DNA of 64,000 nucleotides. Origin: Euglena gracilis. Lineage: Eukaryota. This document shows positions 63,581-64,000 of this stretch, piece by piece. The notes below the pieces were generated by a model, which was not told where the DNA came from, made no database searches, and saw only the letters and a program-made list of their open reading frames with translations. The stretch lies in assembly GCA_039621445.1 (NCBI GenBank), contig CP154954.1, positions 33,395,455 to 33,459,454 on the forward strand, written 5' to 3'. Positions within the stretch are counted from its first letter, which is position 1. Each line of letters opens with the position of its first letter. The translations under genes and the position numbers were made by a program.

Positions 63581-64000
63581 GAGGATCAAGGGGTGAATGA
63601 GGCACAAGGAAAGTTGACAAAATGGGTCTTGGAAAACCAGCAGACAAAATTCTAAATCGACCCGAGAACATTTGGGTGGGTTCCTTAAAAGGGGTTTGGA
63701 AAATTGGGCATCTTCATTAGAAGCAAAGAAAAATAAGTTTCAAATTGAGCCAACGACCGACCCTCAGAGCTGGAAAAATGTTAAACCAAAGGTCAACATG
63801 ATTTCCAACAAAATGCATGAAAAAATGGATATAAAAAACCACACCGAGTCAATATCCGAAGTCAAATTTTCATGTCACTGACGATTTTATGACTGTTCTG
63901 ATATCACATGCAAAAAAAAATAACATGCAGTTCAGGCCGGATCCTGAAAGTGGTGGAAAATTTGGTGGTTCCCTGAGATTGCACAGAAATATTCTGTCAA

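Overview
This is repeat-dense eukaryotic DNA, almost certainly from a euglenid, because an exact copy of the 26-nt Euglena-type spliced leader lies at 41956-41981 (- strand). Most of the window is nested mobile DNA. (1) There are at least four copies or fragments of DIRS1-type tyrosine-recombinase retrotransposons (RT-RNaseH-adenine methyltransferase plus an overlapping YR ORF) with recognisable ITR/ICR ends. (2) A Ty3/gypsy chromovirus-like element is inserted into one DIRS copy. It carries a Dam-like N6-adenine methyltransferase domain between protease and RT, and its 5' end is a trans-spliced leader fused at an AG acceptor inside the LTR. (3) An 8.5-kb foldback-like element has long modular palindromic TIRs and a 9-bp TSD. 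Its (CT)n core holds a 5'-truncated Penelope-like element with an N-terminal GIY-YIG remnant, RT, articulin-like VPV repeats and a 2A-like motif, followed by two type III hammerhead ribozymes and a 16 x 71-bp array. (4) The rest comprises degraded LTR elements with tRNA-iMet-like PBSs, MITEs and probable scattered host exons. All calls were made by eye from motifs. No database searches were run.
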